A DNA stretch of 63,435 nucleotides, counting the filler, from Intoshia linei (lineage: Eukaryota; Animalia; Orthonectida): the NCBI GenBank assembly GCA_001642005.1. It is 7 parts of 7 records of this genome, joined end to end, with 100 filler letters (N's around TTAATTAATTAA, not from the genome) between each part and the next. Parts side by side here need not be neighbours in the genome. Positions count along the whole stretch, not along the records: positions 1 to 5,408 come from LWCA01001783.1; positions 5,509 to 11,273 come from LWCA01001746.1; 5 more parts are not named here. The stretch is one strand, 5' to 3'. Position 1 is the first letter of the stretch. Every line of letters begins with the position of its first letter. Shown in pieces: positions 1-11,373 of this stretch. A program made the translations under genes and the position numbers. The notes beneath the pieces were generated by a model, which did not search any database, was not told the origin of the DNA, and worked only from the letters and a program-made list of their open reading frames with translations.

Positions 1-139
1 ATACGTACTATCACTTTTAGTTTATTTAGAATAAATTTTAAGCCGAAAATTTTTATTCATCATAAATAAGTATTTTTGGCTTTACATTTAACACCAAATA
101 AACTAAAATTGATGGTACGTATTTTTTCTTGCCACTTTA
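1..139. mobile_element. Short palindromic MITE-like element (left end cut by window edge)
   Basis: 1-27 and 96-122 are inverted repeats (25/27 match). The right end (AAATAAACTAAAA..GTAC.TATTTTTCT.GCCACTTTA) recurs at about 42661-42710. Confidence 0.6.
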
Positions 140-505
140 TCTATATTTATAATAAAATTAAATAACATTAATTGTAATTTATTTATTTGATATACAATTG
201 TGTTTTCAAGAATATAATTGATTACATCGCAATAGTATATCCTCAGACCTAACACATAAACATTTGTAAATTAAATGTACATATTTTTTTATATCTTAAT
301 TATTATATTATTTTGTTATAAATGCATAATCGACTAAAAAATCAATTAATGCATACAATCTGAATTATTAGACATAAAACTTTAAAAATCAAAATAAATC
401 ATTTTTAAATTTTGACAAAAAAGTTCCATTTTGTAAAGTTCATTTTACGGGCTGTAACTGAACAAGCACCATATTTATTTATGATTTGAATTGTATAATT
501 TTATT

Positions 506-1372
506 ATGGTTAAACGCAGAAATAAAATACCAATTGAAACTAGAAAATTAATAAAGCAACATTGGGATCGAGGTTTGAAGGTATCTTCAATTGCATCAAT
601 ATTAAACATATCTCGACAAAGCGTATACAACATTGTGTCATTAATTAAACGAGAAGGTCGAATAGACGAAAAAAAAGCTGGAAGGCCTGGAACACCTGGA
701 ATATTTGGATACCGTAAAATAACAAAAGAAATTAAAAGTTTTATATTAGATTCATTGGACTGGGTATATGTTACATTAAGAGAATTGGTGGATTTAATCT
801 ATAAAGAATTTAATGTGAAACTATCACAGGGTTGTGTAAATCGATGCCGCAACGATTTAAAATCTAAATCTACTAATTGTAAAATGAAAATTGAAAAACC
901 CTCTAATAATGACAATACTACACCTGTTTGTGATTCTAAAGATTCCAAGCATCTTTCCACCTCTAAATGTGAAATTAAAAATATTTTCATTCACAAAGTT
1001 GAATATAATAAAATAATGGGCTTAAAAAATGAGGAAACAAATATTGGACAGTCCATTGGACTATCACAGAATGCTTTACGTCTATACCGCAACGATTTAA
1101 AATTTAGATCTACTAATTGTAAAATGAAAATTGAAAAACACTTTAATAATGACAATACTACACCTGTCTTTGATTCTAAAGATTCCAAGCATCTTTCCAC
1201 CGAAAAATGTGAAATTAAAAATATTTTCATTAATAAAGTTAAATATGATAAAATTATGGGCTTAAAAAATGAAGAAACAAATATTGGACAATCAAAACCA
1301 TGTGCTACTCTACTTCCCAAATTTTTATGTATACTTTATTGGATGATGTCTTTCGTAATTGTTGAAACATGA
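506..1372 (+). CDS. Tc1/IS630-type double-HTH DNA-binding protein with a C-terminal 80-aa tandem duplication and no DDE domain
   Basis: Open frame from ATG 506. The N-terminus (ETRKLIKQHWDRGLKVSSIASILNISRQSVYNIV...GRP...VTLRELVDLIYKEFNVKLSQGCVNR) has the paired-like HTH-GRP-HTH layout of Tc1/IS630 transposases. No DDE motifs follow. Confidence 0.6.
   Translation: MVKRRNKIPIETRKLIKQHWDRGLKVSSIASILNISRQSVYNIVSLIKREGRIDEKKAGRPGTPGIFGYRKITKEIKSFILDSLDWVYVTLRELVDLIYKEFNVKLSQGCVNRCRNDLKSKSTNCKMKIEKPSNNDNTTPVCDSKDSKHLSTSKCEIKNIFIHKVEYNKIMGLKNEETNIGQSIGLSQNALRLYRNDLKFRSTNCKMKIEKHFNNDNTTPVFDSKDSKHLSTEKCEIKNIFINKVKYDKIMGLKNEETNIGQSKPCATLLPKFLCILYWMMSFVIVET
821..1292 (+). repeat. In-frame 240-bp tandem duplication inside the HTH ORF
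   Basis: CGCAACGATTTAAAAT at 848 and 1088; ATATTGGACA at 1041 and 1281. Offset is exactly 240 nt. Confidence 0.9.
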
Positions 1373-1621
1373 AAAATATTACATACGAGCAGATTTAATT
1401 TCAATTATATTTTGAACTTTAAGTCATAGATTAATCTAAATTGCAGAGTCTAGACATGGGTTACCAACCATTAAGTTAGATAAAACAGTACCGTCACCTA
1501 TTTATTCCTATACATACAGTTTTTGTATAATTTTTCGAATTACCAGATTTAAAAATTGAATTTCCGTTTTAACGTGAACATAACTTTTAATATTGTAATT
1601 TAAAATTTAGCTGAATGTACA

Positions 1622-1907
1622 ATGTCAACGATCGAAAGCACCACGGAACAATGTAGAATAAACAGTTTAAGAAACGATTACAATTCCATGAATACAAATG
1701 TTATAAATATACATCAAATATTATATACCTTTTTAGCAACTTTTACTTATGATAAAATCACATGAACATAAAATTACAACATTAAATTGTCGCATCAGAG
1801 ACTTGGAAAATTATAATGATAAAAAGAAAGACTATATTGACAGATTGTTAAATAAAATTATAATGTTTAACCCAGAAATGTTGAATGTTTCTGAAAACAA
1901 AGATTAA
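1622..1907 (+). CDS. Small protein (82 aa) consisting essentially of a Rab11-binding FIP-RBD domain
   Basis: Exons 1622-1699 and 1737-1907, 37-nt GT-AG intron, phase 0. Translation MSTIESTTEQCRINSLRNDYNSMNTNQLLLMIKSHEHKITTLNCRIRDLENYNDKKKDYIDRLLNKIIMFNPEMLNVSENKD carries the FIP-RBD pattern DYIDxLLxxIMxxxPxxL. Confidence 0.7.
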
Positions 1908-2649
1908 AATTTTTTATCATTATTGTACATTAAAAATTTAAAATCGTTTAGAATCTCCATTAATGAATGTCGTATACCGATGACGGAACATCCCTAAAAG
2001 AGGTACGATTATTTAAAGTTCAGTTCAAGTAGATTTAATCTAGAATTACAAAATATAAATAAACTATTAATATTTGTTTATTTATATTATCGACCAAGCA
2101 TGGTTATAACCTTTCGAGCTGTCATATTCAAATATAACATAAAATTATTCGTATCACCACGAATGCATATGTAGTACAGTCAGAATTAGACGATGACAAT
2201 GTAACTAAAGTTGTTTTTAATCAAATTAATTGAATTGTGTGTTTTAGTATAAATTCTTTACGTTTTCAATCGATTTATTCATTTGTTTGTTCATCAGAAA
2301 ATCTTTTTTCATTTCTTTACAACTGATTATATTATAAATTGAATAATGATGCCTATAAACTCAAGTTAAAACTGAAAAATTAACTTTGAACTATCAATAT
2401 TGCTTCATAAGAATTCATCCACTAGAGCTATATAATATAAAATATAAAGTTGTATATAAGCAGTCAACAATTGCATATATTGTTCTTCATAATACGACAT
2501 ATGCATGGAAAGCTTTGATATACTCGAAGTTAGATGCATTTAAATTTAATACATTTTTATATGGATCGAAATAGTTGTATACAGCGAAGAAATCTTTGTA
2601 TATTTAATACTTTTCTTAGGTGGCAAGAAACTGAAATCGCTGTAAAAAA

Positions 2650-3915
2650 TGTCTGGACAGTTATTTAGTAATAGATATGTGCATAATTGAAATTAAATTG
2701 AACTGAACTTTAAATTTTGACTGTTCCGTCTTTGGTATTCTACAATGAATAAAATGAATTTTAGTACAAGAATGAGCCGAAGCAGTTATAAGTAGTTTCT
2801 AAATAATTATTTAGAAGGAATACGTAATATCTTTAATTTTAATCCAATACAATACTAGCCCATTCTTGAATGTCATATTACCAACCAAGAGATTACAAAA
2901 TTTTATCTAAAATTTGGCATGTTTTATCATTCATTATCTAGTTTATAAAGAATTTTTCTAGTTTATCAATACATTATAGAGCCTCAATTCTAGATATAAT
3001 GTCTTCTATGTCGATTTCACTACGGGTAGAATAATCAATGCTGTGTTTATGATTGGTCTCTTCTTCTATAAGCGGTATCAAAGAATCGATGAATACATCG
3101 TCCCTATAGTCGTTTTCATCATACGCAGGGAATTCATCTGCGACTTTTCCATTATTTTCCACAAGATTTATCACTATTGGATAAAACGTATGTTTCAGAA
3201 TTAGAATTTTTGAAAAACAGGCCTGTGTTACAAACTGTTTATCGCAATTATAAATGTCCATAAGACTATATTTCTCTTTTTTACTTCTAAAAAAATCTGA
3301 AAAAGGTTCAAATTGACTTGTATTAACAAGACCTGCCTCACCATTAATAACACGAGAACGAATATTATGACGTTTTTGAAGACAGAAAAACTAACCATTT
3401 GAAGCTCTAAAATTGGGTTTTTTAGCCGTTTCCCGATTTTAAGAGCCATTGTTTGAATCATATTTCTTGAAATAATAAAATTTTTCGATCTCTTTCAAAA
3501 AAAACCACTCATATACTAGTTTGTCGATTTGAGCGGTTGCAAAATTAACAAACATGCGTTTGCCTTCAATCCCATACATTTTCGTCTGTTTTAAAGAGTC
3601 TTTATTCTTGAAAATTTTATTAATCACACCAAGAGTCATGCCAAATTTAATTGAAAGTTTTCTTTGAGTATATTTTGCACTATTCATTTCAGAAAAATGT
3701 ATAACCTCTTTTCTTCTAATGTATGAATTTTTCTATTTTTTTTTGACTGTTTCTCTTTAGCATCGTATTAGATTTTTTATTTATTCTTAAAAAAATATGT
3801 AATCGTAAAATATTATTTACTTACAGTGCAATTTATTTCGAAAAGTTCAGTTTAAGTTATAATTTAATTTCAATATAAATCTTTATTAATTATTTTGGAT
3901 CAATTCGCCAGACAC
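2650..3915 (-). mobile_element. Decayed, internally deleted pogo/Tigger element
   Basis: Frameshifted fragments at about 2974-3765 give an HTH (YTQRKLSIKFGMTLGVINKIFKNK), IDKLVYEWF, FRASNG*...KRHNI..VINGEAG and DIYNCD. Diverged inverted repeats (ATTGAAATTAAATT..AACTGAACTTT) at about 2686-2724 and 3823-3874. Confidence 0.75.
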
Positions 3916-3995
3916 CAGTCAATAATATGATACAATATTATTATCGTGATCAATAAGCTTATTATGGCATCATTGCATGTATATATGATGTTTAA

Positions 3996-4611
3996 CCCTT
4001 TCACTGTCTGTGTATTCTATACCAGTGGTTCCCAAAAAATATATTGTCGACCCCCCTAATGGTATACAAATATTTTTAGAGAAGATCAATTAGTACAACA
4101 TAGTGAATATGTTTATTATATTATTATAACAGCGATTAAAAAAATGTTATTATATTATTATAATATTAATATTACTGATTTTATTTTAGTTATAAATCAT
4201 ACTTTAATATAGTTGAAACTTGTGTTATTGTCTTGTAAGGGTTAATAACATTTAAATTTATTATAATCCAATATTAATATGAATTTCAAGAATATATTCA
4301 TTAAATATCAAATACTAAATCAAATTAATGTTAACGATTCTAATTCAATTTTAAAATTTTCATAAATCTGCGGGACTCCCTCAGACTCTGTAGGCCCCCA
4401 TTTGGGAACCACTGTTCTATACTATACACATCAATTTCACTTCACATGTCTGTGTATTCTATGATATACACAGCATAATTTTGAAAAACGTTATTTAATT
4501 ATTTTCATACATTTTCACAAAGGTAATTTAAAAATAATACAAGTTCAAATTAAAACATAAATTCCAGACGTGTGGTGATAGTACATAAAATTGCATCAGA
4601 CAGTGAAAGGG
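3996..4611. mobile_element. piggyBac-type MITE
   Basis: Perfect TIR CCCTTTCACTGTCTG / CAGACAGTGAAAGGG, flanked by TTAA at 3992-3995 and 4612-4615. Confidence 0.9.
4023..4414. mobile_element. hAT (Buster-type) MITE nested in the piggyBac MITE
   Basis: Perfect 14-bp TIR CAGTGGTTCCCAAA / TTTGGGAACCACTG; perfect 8-bp TSD TTCTATAC (4015-4022, 4415-4422). Confidence 0.95.
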
Positions 4612-4874
4612 TTAAAATCGTTCTAAAATAAAATAATTTTTGAAAAAGTTTGTTCGTTAATAAATTAATATAATAATTTTTTATAGTACCAGTATTAGGG
4701 CTGTTCAAAAAAAAATCCATGGGCACACCATATACTTCAAAGTGTGTAATAACTAGAGCCATTCATAGAGTATAATGACTAGTTTACGCAAGATTTTTAG
4801 GATGCTCTTAAAAAAATTTGCATCATTGTAAATTACATAATTGTGTTTATCTGTTTACATTTTATTTAAAATTA

Positions 4875-5408
4875 CAGTCAAGCACCGTTAGTAGAGAAAT
4901 CGTTAGTGAATAATTTTCTAATTTGTACCGTTAGTATATAATTTTTTCACGACAATATATTGTGTAACTATAGCTAGTAGATAATTTATCTACTAAAAAT
5001 CTAAAATAGGACAAATAATTTTGCAATTGAAATTTGCAATGTAACAACTGTTAGTGAATAATTTTTACGAATTTAATTTAATTAATTTTAAATGTAAACA
5101 ATACTTTTTTAAACAAAGTTTATCATAACACTGACAATTAAATAATAATGAAGGACGTTAAATATAAAATTAGAAATATTGAAACTATTTAATGAAGGCG
5201 AATCTGTTAATGAAGTAGCAAGAAGAATGGCATTAAGTCGTAGTACTATTTACACGATTCAAAGAAATAAGTCATCAATAATGGAATTTTATAAAGGTGT
5301 AAATGTTCCAGAAATAATTGGAAAATTTAAAAGAATAAGGCAGCTTAATTCTCTAATAAATAAATTTGTATATGTTAATACAGTAATACATCTTGTAAAT
5401 ATTTTATA
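4875..5408 (+). mobile_element. 5' part of a pogo/Tigger element (TIR plus psq-type HTH), cut by an assembly gap
   Basis: TA|CAGTCAAGCACCGTTAGT left end with repeated (C)GTTAGTGAATAATTTT motifs. HTH reads KLFNEGESVNEVARRMALSRSTIYTIQRNK. Confidence 0.7.
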
Positions 5409-5508
5409 NNNNNNNNNNNNNNNNNNNNNNNNNNNNNNNNNNNNNNNNNNNNTTAATTAATTAANNNNNNNNNNNNNNNNNNNNNNNNNNNNNNNNNNNN
5501 NNNNNNNN
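5409..5508. other. Artificial 100-nt contig spacer (N44-TTAATTAATTAA-N44); same spacer at 11274-11373, 41260-41359, 50339-50438, 60041-60140, 62122-62221
   Basis: Six identical-length N blocks, each with a central 12-mer that gives stop codons in all six frames. Confidence 0.97.
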
Positions 5509-5911
5509 TCCAGAAAATGGTTTTAATAGCATTTTTATAGGGTGCTCTAATGTTTTGTCGGGAGGTGTATATAGTAACTTATAACTTATAAGATATCTGA
5601 AAAACACTGTATTTTGTAGTGAGATTTCCAATAGACATTCACTTTCATCTAAAAATTAATTTTTTTTATCAATTTTTTTCTTGGAAAATTTTATCAAAGT
5701 TTTTTAGCCTTCTTTATGTGGTAAAATGTCATTATAATAAATGAATTTAATTTTGATCAAAAAGATTTAGTAAAATGTCCATTGAAAATCTCTATTTATA
5801 AGTACAGTCGATTGTTTCTATATAAAAATATTGTATATAAAATTATTTCAATTTGAGACTTTCTATGAACAATAATTTTAATGTATATTTTAATAATTAT
5901 AAAAAACTAAT

Positions 5912-6142
5912 TTATTGAAGAAACTTGTTGAATTTGTTTAATCCGTGATTGGGCAAATTTTTTAATTTACTAAATTTAGTTTTGGCTTCTTGAGCCTTTT
6001 CGGTAATTTTCACTGCAATTTCTTTCCTCAAAATCAATTCATCGTAAAACATTTTAAAAACAATTTGCTGAATTTTTGGAGAAATTTTAAAAGATTGCTC
6101 ATCTAAATTTTTACATATAAAGTATTCTCTATATCTAATTTG
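5912..6142 (-). CDS. Possible terminal coding exon of an unknown gene
   Basis: ttag acceptor followed by 76 open codons (QIRYREYFICKNLDEQSFKISPKIQQIVFKMFYDELILRKEIAVKITEKAQEAKTK...FLQ*). No family recognised. Confidence 0.3.
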   Translation of the reverse strand, partial: QIRYREYFICKNLDEQSFKISPKIQQIVFKMFYDELILRKEIAVKITEKAQEAKTKFSKLKNLPNHGLNKFNKFLQ

Positions 6143-6298
6143 CTAATGTCGGGGTAATTGTAGCGATTTGAAGATTTTATTAAATTATAGAAATTAAAAA
6201 CGAGTGTAATATAGTATTAATCTAATAGCCCACTGGTCACCAAAATTGCCACTATAGATCTATGAGTCTATTAAAAAATGTTAAATAGTTATATATAT

Positions 6299-6504
6299 TA
6301 TAGATATTCTTTATTTATAGTCAGGTTTGTATTTGATAAAGTCATGTTTGCATTTAATATGGTCATATTTGAATTTAATATAGTCATTATGTTTATTATT
6401 AGTCATAGTAATTATGACTATATCAAATTCAAATATGACCATATTAAATGCAAACATGACTATATCAAATACAAACCTGACTATATAAGTAGAGAATATC
6501 TATA
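6299..6504. repeat. Foldback-like palindrome built from 21-bp subrepeats
   Basis: About 90-bp arms are near-perfect reverse complements. Each arm has about four copies of TAGTCA(T/G)(G/A)TTTG.ATTT(G/A)ATA. Confidence 0.9.
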
Positions 6505-6590
6505 TAATACAATAATTTAAAATTTTCCTATGCCTAGATTAGCCAATGTTGAAAATTGGAAAATTGTGGAGAGAATAATACTATTATACT

Positions 6591-7130
6591 TTAATTTAAA
6601 GTAATCTTAATAAATAAATGTAAACCTGTAAATTTTTGCAACTCATCTCGTTTAGCGATCAATTGATTTAATTTATCTTGATTAATTTTTAAAGTTTCGG
6701 TCAGTTTATTTTTGACGTTAACCATTGGTTCAGAAATGAAATTTCCATAATTATCACAGCATTCATAATAATTTTTTTCACATTCATCAAATATTTGATT
6801 CATTTTATCAACATTAGCATGTACCACATTGATATAGTCAACAATTTTATAACTTAAATCAAATGCGGAAAGTGTCTTTTTGTTTTCAACAATACTTTTA
6901 CAGCTATCCAAAATTTTTTGTTTATAAATTAATTCTTGATCAGATTTTAATAATTTTAAATCTACAATCGTCATTTTTTCAGTCATTGTACCTAATTGCG
7001 TCTTGTTTATTTCATACGTTTTTACATTTTTTTTAAAATCTTTTTTCAGTTTTTCTATTTTTGTTCGGTTTTGTAAATCCTGGTCAATGTAAATTTTTGC
7101 ATTTGAAATTATAGAAGAAATATTTGTCAT
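6591..7130 (-). CDS. Hypothetical coiled-coil protein (main exon)
   Basis: 179-codon ORF, unlikely by chance at this AT content, with K/E/Q-rich heptad character. Probable donor after QKFT leading to a short last exon (VLFSPQFSNFQHWLI*). Family not recognised. Confidence 0.55.
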   Translation of the reverse strand: MTNISSIISNAKIYIDQDLQNRTKIEKLKKDFKKNVKTYEINKTQLGTMTEKMTIVDLKLLKSDQELIYKQKILDSCKSIVENKKTLSAFDLSYKIVDYINVVHANVDKMNQIFDECEKNYYECCDNYGNFISEPMVNVKNKLTETLKINQDKLNQLIAKRDELQKFTGLHLFIKITLN

Positions 7131-8516
7131 TGCGATAATGAAATAATGAAAATAACGCGCTTGTGCACAAATATTACCTGTGTAAATTTGCGCCTTTAAT
7201 TTTTAATGGTTTTAATTGGTTACTATTCAGTTTGGTGATAATGTTGTCAATGATTTTGTCATTATTTGAAACTAGACATTATTTTAGGATAACGCTTGCA
7301 GATAAAATATTAATTCGTCTCTATATTTAATTAAATCTCAGGTATATTCATATTTAAATTTTAATTATGATTACATACTTGTATATTAACTTAGTTCTAA
7401 TTTATATTTACAAATTTTAATCATCGATATTTTATATATCTTCACAGTTATGTGATTCGTACAAACAGTACCTAGCGCTGTCGGGATCAGACTTTTTTAA
7501 TTATACCAAAAAAATAAATTAATAATAAAATCTTACTTAAAAACATCATAGTTAAATGGAAAAAGCTGTTCAAATCTACTGTTTTTAAAAATTCTAGGAG
7601 TATTAATTTTTTCTATTTTTTAAAATTCTGCGTAATTTGTGGTTTTGGCCTTAAGTGAAGATATAAGTTTTTGAAGTTCAAATTTATGATACAGCTGATG
7701 ATTTTAAATTCTTTTTACAATGTATTTTTAAAAGAAGGGGTAATTTAGGTTTTTTTACCCTGAAGGACCCAATTTCTGTTAATGAAATTTGCGATAAAAC
7801 CTCAGTTGAAAAAATGTCTTTAAATGTGGTGTTTTTTAAAACTCTATGCCTCTTACTTTCATAGCTGTAAATAAATGGTTACAGACAAACGAAAATATAA
7901 AAATTTTACGCTAAATTACTTAAATAAGGTTCAACAATTTTCAATAGTAAATATGTATAGAGTAGGGGTGTCGGCGCACTATCAAAAGATCGTAAAAATA
8001 CTTGTATACAAAAAATTAGAATTTATGATTAAATCAAATAAAAAAATATTATCTGGTGTGAACACCATAGAATATTTCTAATTTTTTTATAATATGGTTT
8101 ATAGGTAAAATATCGTATCTTAATATTTCAGTTTTAACTTGGGTTTATAGATTATTTGATTTACGATCATTTGGACGCATACGATAATCAATGAATGTGA
8201 TAAAATTTAAGAGCTATTAAGTTTAAATACGACAATTTATAAGGATTAACAAATAATATCAATACGCATTAACGTTTTTTACTAAGCTACGCGTAGTATG
8301 CACAATTGGCCCACGGACCGCATAATTGTAACATCAATGGTATAGAGTAAATAAAGATGTAATCAATGTTATTAAATTTGTTTAATATTTAATATGTAGA
8401 CATAATTTAATTCATTCTTTCATACCCTAAATAAAATATCATATCATATTAGAAATGTATCATTTTGTATCATACCATCTACATAAATCAAAATTAAATT
8501 TTATGTTCAAATTTAA

Positions 8517-8661
8517 CCCTTTCGCTGTATGTTAAAATTATACAAGTTTAATTTAAAACATATAAACATCATTCAGTTCGGGGTCCAAGACTTTTGACAG
8601 GTACTTTGACTTTAAGTCGTGTGTTGATAGTAAATAAAATTTGCACTGGACAGTGAAAGGG
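8517..8661. mobile_element. Short piggyBac-type MITE (same family as 3996-4611)
   Basis: TTAA|CCCTTTCGCTGT ... ACAGTGAAAGGG|TTAA. The right end AAAATT(T)GCA...GACAGTGAAAGGG is shared with the 3996 copy. Confidence 0.85.
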
Positions 8662-10745
8662 TTAAGGATAGATTCAGACCAAAAATTATTTATTATTTCA
8701 AATGTTATTATATAATTATTCTTATATATACAATATTGATATAAAATATATAATATAAAATTACGCTATTCAACTGTGGAATCTATATTTTCAGTATAGA
8801 GTATTTAAGTTTACTAGCAAAGTAATATTAGTCATAAATATGAAATCTCAATAGGTATCACTATGGATCTTAATTCATTGTTTTTTTAAAAAGTTAACAA
8901 TAGTTATCTATTATGAATCATACTAATTCATAGACCATAATATGGTCACCATATAAATAGACTAGTGGTGGTTAACTAATTTATTACAGTTATCATTTCT
9001 CGCGAAAATTCAAATGAGTGATGATACATTTTAGACTATAGGACATAGAGCAGTGGTTCCTAATATGGTCCACATAAAAAATATCTTTTCACCCAATTTT
9101 AAAAAATTTCTTTATAAGACAATTATAATTGTGTCTTAAATTTTTGTTCAAATCAATGAAATAATGTTCATCTCTGGAGAATTGACTGGAGAATAGTGTA
9201 TCATTAATTATACTAGATTTTTTGTAATTGTCAAACCTATTAATAACTTATGAACTGTAGAATATTTTAAAAATTACAATCTACAGTGTATTTTTATATT
9301 ATTTTCAATATTGCATGCATTTTTGATTATTATAGTTTTGAATTTGAATAAGTTTGTATGCCAAAATGTTAATTTAAATTTGGAAAGTGGTATAATAAAA
9401 TATTCTTGTATATCTGAATTTATAAAATATTAGGTATCTCAATTTACATATAAAATATTTACATTCACGAGTTTACCCTCGTTTAGCACCGTTAAAATTT
9501 TTGACCATTTTCGATTATCATGCATTGTATATACGATAATTGAAATTTTACAATAATCATAAACCTTCAATCTTAAATATATAGGAAGAGCCAAACCTAT
9601 GCGTACAGAGGTGACCAGGGTCTATATGTCATCTTTGCATCGTTTTCGAAATAATTGTTAATGATTTTGTTTGAGATGCGGTGGAGGGAAGGTCGAGCAG
9701 TGTAATTTCTGCCCTATGTCTATAATAAAATATTCACCATCAATCAAATCTAGATACACTAAATTGAAATATTAATCACTTAATTTCATTTTATAATAAA
9801 AGTAAACATGAGCAATATATTATATAAGCACTCTATATTATATTAGTACCCTATCCCATTTTTAAAATCGCACCAACTCGCTCCAGCTGAAAATCGCCCT
9901 TAACTGAATTAATCGCCCCCCTGGAGGCGATATCGCCCACTTTGAGAATCTACACTGTATATAGTAATACTTAATAGTAGCATGTAACATAACTTATAGT
10001 TTTATGAAAATATAGGGGAAATTAAAACAGCCGCCATTTTCACAATTTCCTGAGAATTGGTTTTGACCAAACATAATCATTATGGTTTATAATGTGAAAT
10101 TATCCATTACCGGGTGCTAAAATAAATGATTGGATTCATATATATATATATTCATATAATTCGTTTATATGATTTAACACTATAACGCAGTATCATAATA
10201 GTTAAAGTGACCAGATTTAACCCTTTGAGACATTTGACTACATTTTTAAAGTGTGTTAAAATACACGAAACAAATAATTTATATGGTTAAATTATATATA
10301 AATGGTTATATAAATTGACGCAAAAATGTGTCAAAATGATTGAAGGCAATAAAAAATTTGACGCATAATTGCGTCCAATTTATGATTAAACTATGTAATA
10401 TACTAGTTTGAGTAGCCTTTGATGCAACTAAAAAGTATTTTTACTATTAAGATTTTAATAAATACATTAATTTTGTAAGTAATGAGGAGAATATAATTGT
10501 AATACGTTGTACAGTAGTCTTTCCAATGGAGAGATTCCATATTGACAAAGTAAATGTTATTTCCTCAAAAAGAATGATAAAAAAAGTTTCATCTTTACAG
10601 TTCGCCCTGTATTAAAAATTTATAGCAAAAATAATCTTTCCAAATGAAAATTTTACATGGTTGATTTTGACGTCCAAATGTATAAAATTGTATGAAAAGC
10701 CTTCCATTAGTTAAATTGATAGTTTATACATTATACATATTTGTA

Positions 10746-10866
10746 TATACTAACTAATATAATATGCTACCCGATTTTTTTTTGTTTGTGTGTTATGCTT
10801 TATTTAAATAACTACTCGTCTTAGATTTTTTAAAGACCACATTTCAATTACAGTTTTTTTCGGGTT
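10746..10866 (+). mobile_element. 5' fragment of the non-autonomous Helitron-like family
   Basis: Reverse complement of the terminal about 120 bp of the copies ending at 19174, 32808 and 51194. Confidence 0.7.
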
Positions 10867-11119
10867 TTTTTAACAATAAAAAACTAAACAATATAGTACA
10901 TAAAATTGTTCAGGGCTCAGAAAAACGAATGAATTATTATCTAAATCTTCGTTTGATAAAAACGTCTAACAATCCAACAAAAAAATAAAAATTTTTCTAT
11001 TCGAAAATATATAAGATTCAGAACAAAGTTTACCTAAAATTGTGACGATCGTTGAAAAATTTAAATTGTTACCCAATGGAAAACAAGCTGAATTTAATGA
11101 GTAATAAAAATATCAATAC

Positions 11120-11273
11120 CTTGAAGGTTTTTTTAATCTTCCAAAGAATTGCTCTACTGGTACACTTTTAAGAGCCATTTTTCTTAGGTTGGTTTTTTCA
11201 GTAGCGGTAACACACTGCTAAGGTCGTGGCATTGCTATTTTTGATATCTCAGGAGTATCAGAAGGTCCTAAAT
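11120..11273 (-). pseudogene. PIF/Harbinger-like transposase C-terminal fragment
   Basis: LGPSDTPEISKIAMPRP*...KSVPVEQFFGRLKK resembles the DDE_Tnp_4 motif RxxVExxFGRLK. It has an in-frame stop and is cut by a gap. Confidence 0.55.
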
Positions 11274-11373
11274 NNNNNNNNNNNNNNNNNNNNNNNNNNN
11301 NNNNNNNNNNNNNNNNNTTAATTAATTAANNNNNNNNNNNNNNNNNNNNNNNNNNNNNNNNNNNNNNNNNNNN

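Noticed and set aside
799-1320. Minus-strand ORFs 799-990 and 991-1320
   Set aside because: Antisense shadows of the duplicated region in the 506-1372 ORF.
1967-2233. Possible small gene (MSYTDDGTSLKE plus donor, then NAYVVQSELDDD)
   Set aside because: Every acceptor I tried leads to an early stop, and no family is recognisable.
6299-6504. CRISPR-like appearance of regularly spaced repeats
   Set aside because: Units are contiguous with no unique spacers, the array is palindromic, the context is eukaryotic and there are no cas genes.
6278-6520. 80-aa ORF with HDYIK repeats
   Set aside because: By-product of the 21-bp-unit palindrome.
9051-9957. Possible hAT MITE (CAGTGGTTCC ... GGCGATATCGCCCACTTTGAGAATC..CACTG)
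   Set aside because: Ends are hAT-like but TIRs match poorly and there is no TSD; probably two unrelated ends.
10440-10690. Minus-strand exon/intron-like pattern
   Set aside because: Could not assemble a convincing phase-consistent ORF or recognise a protein.
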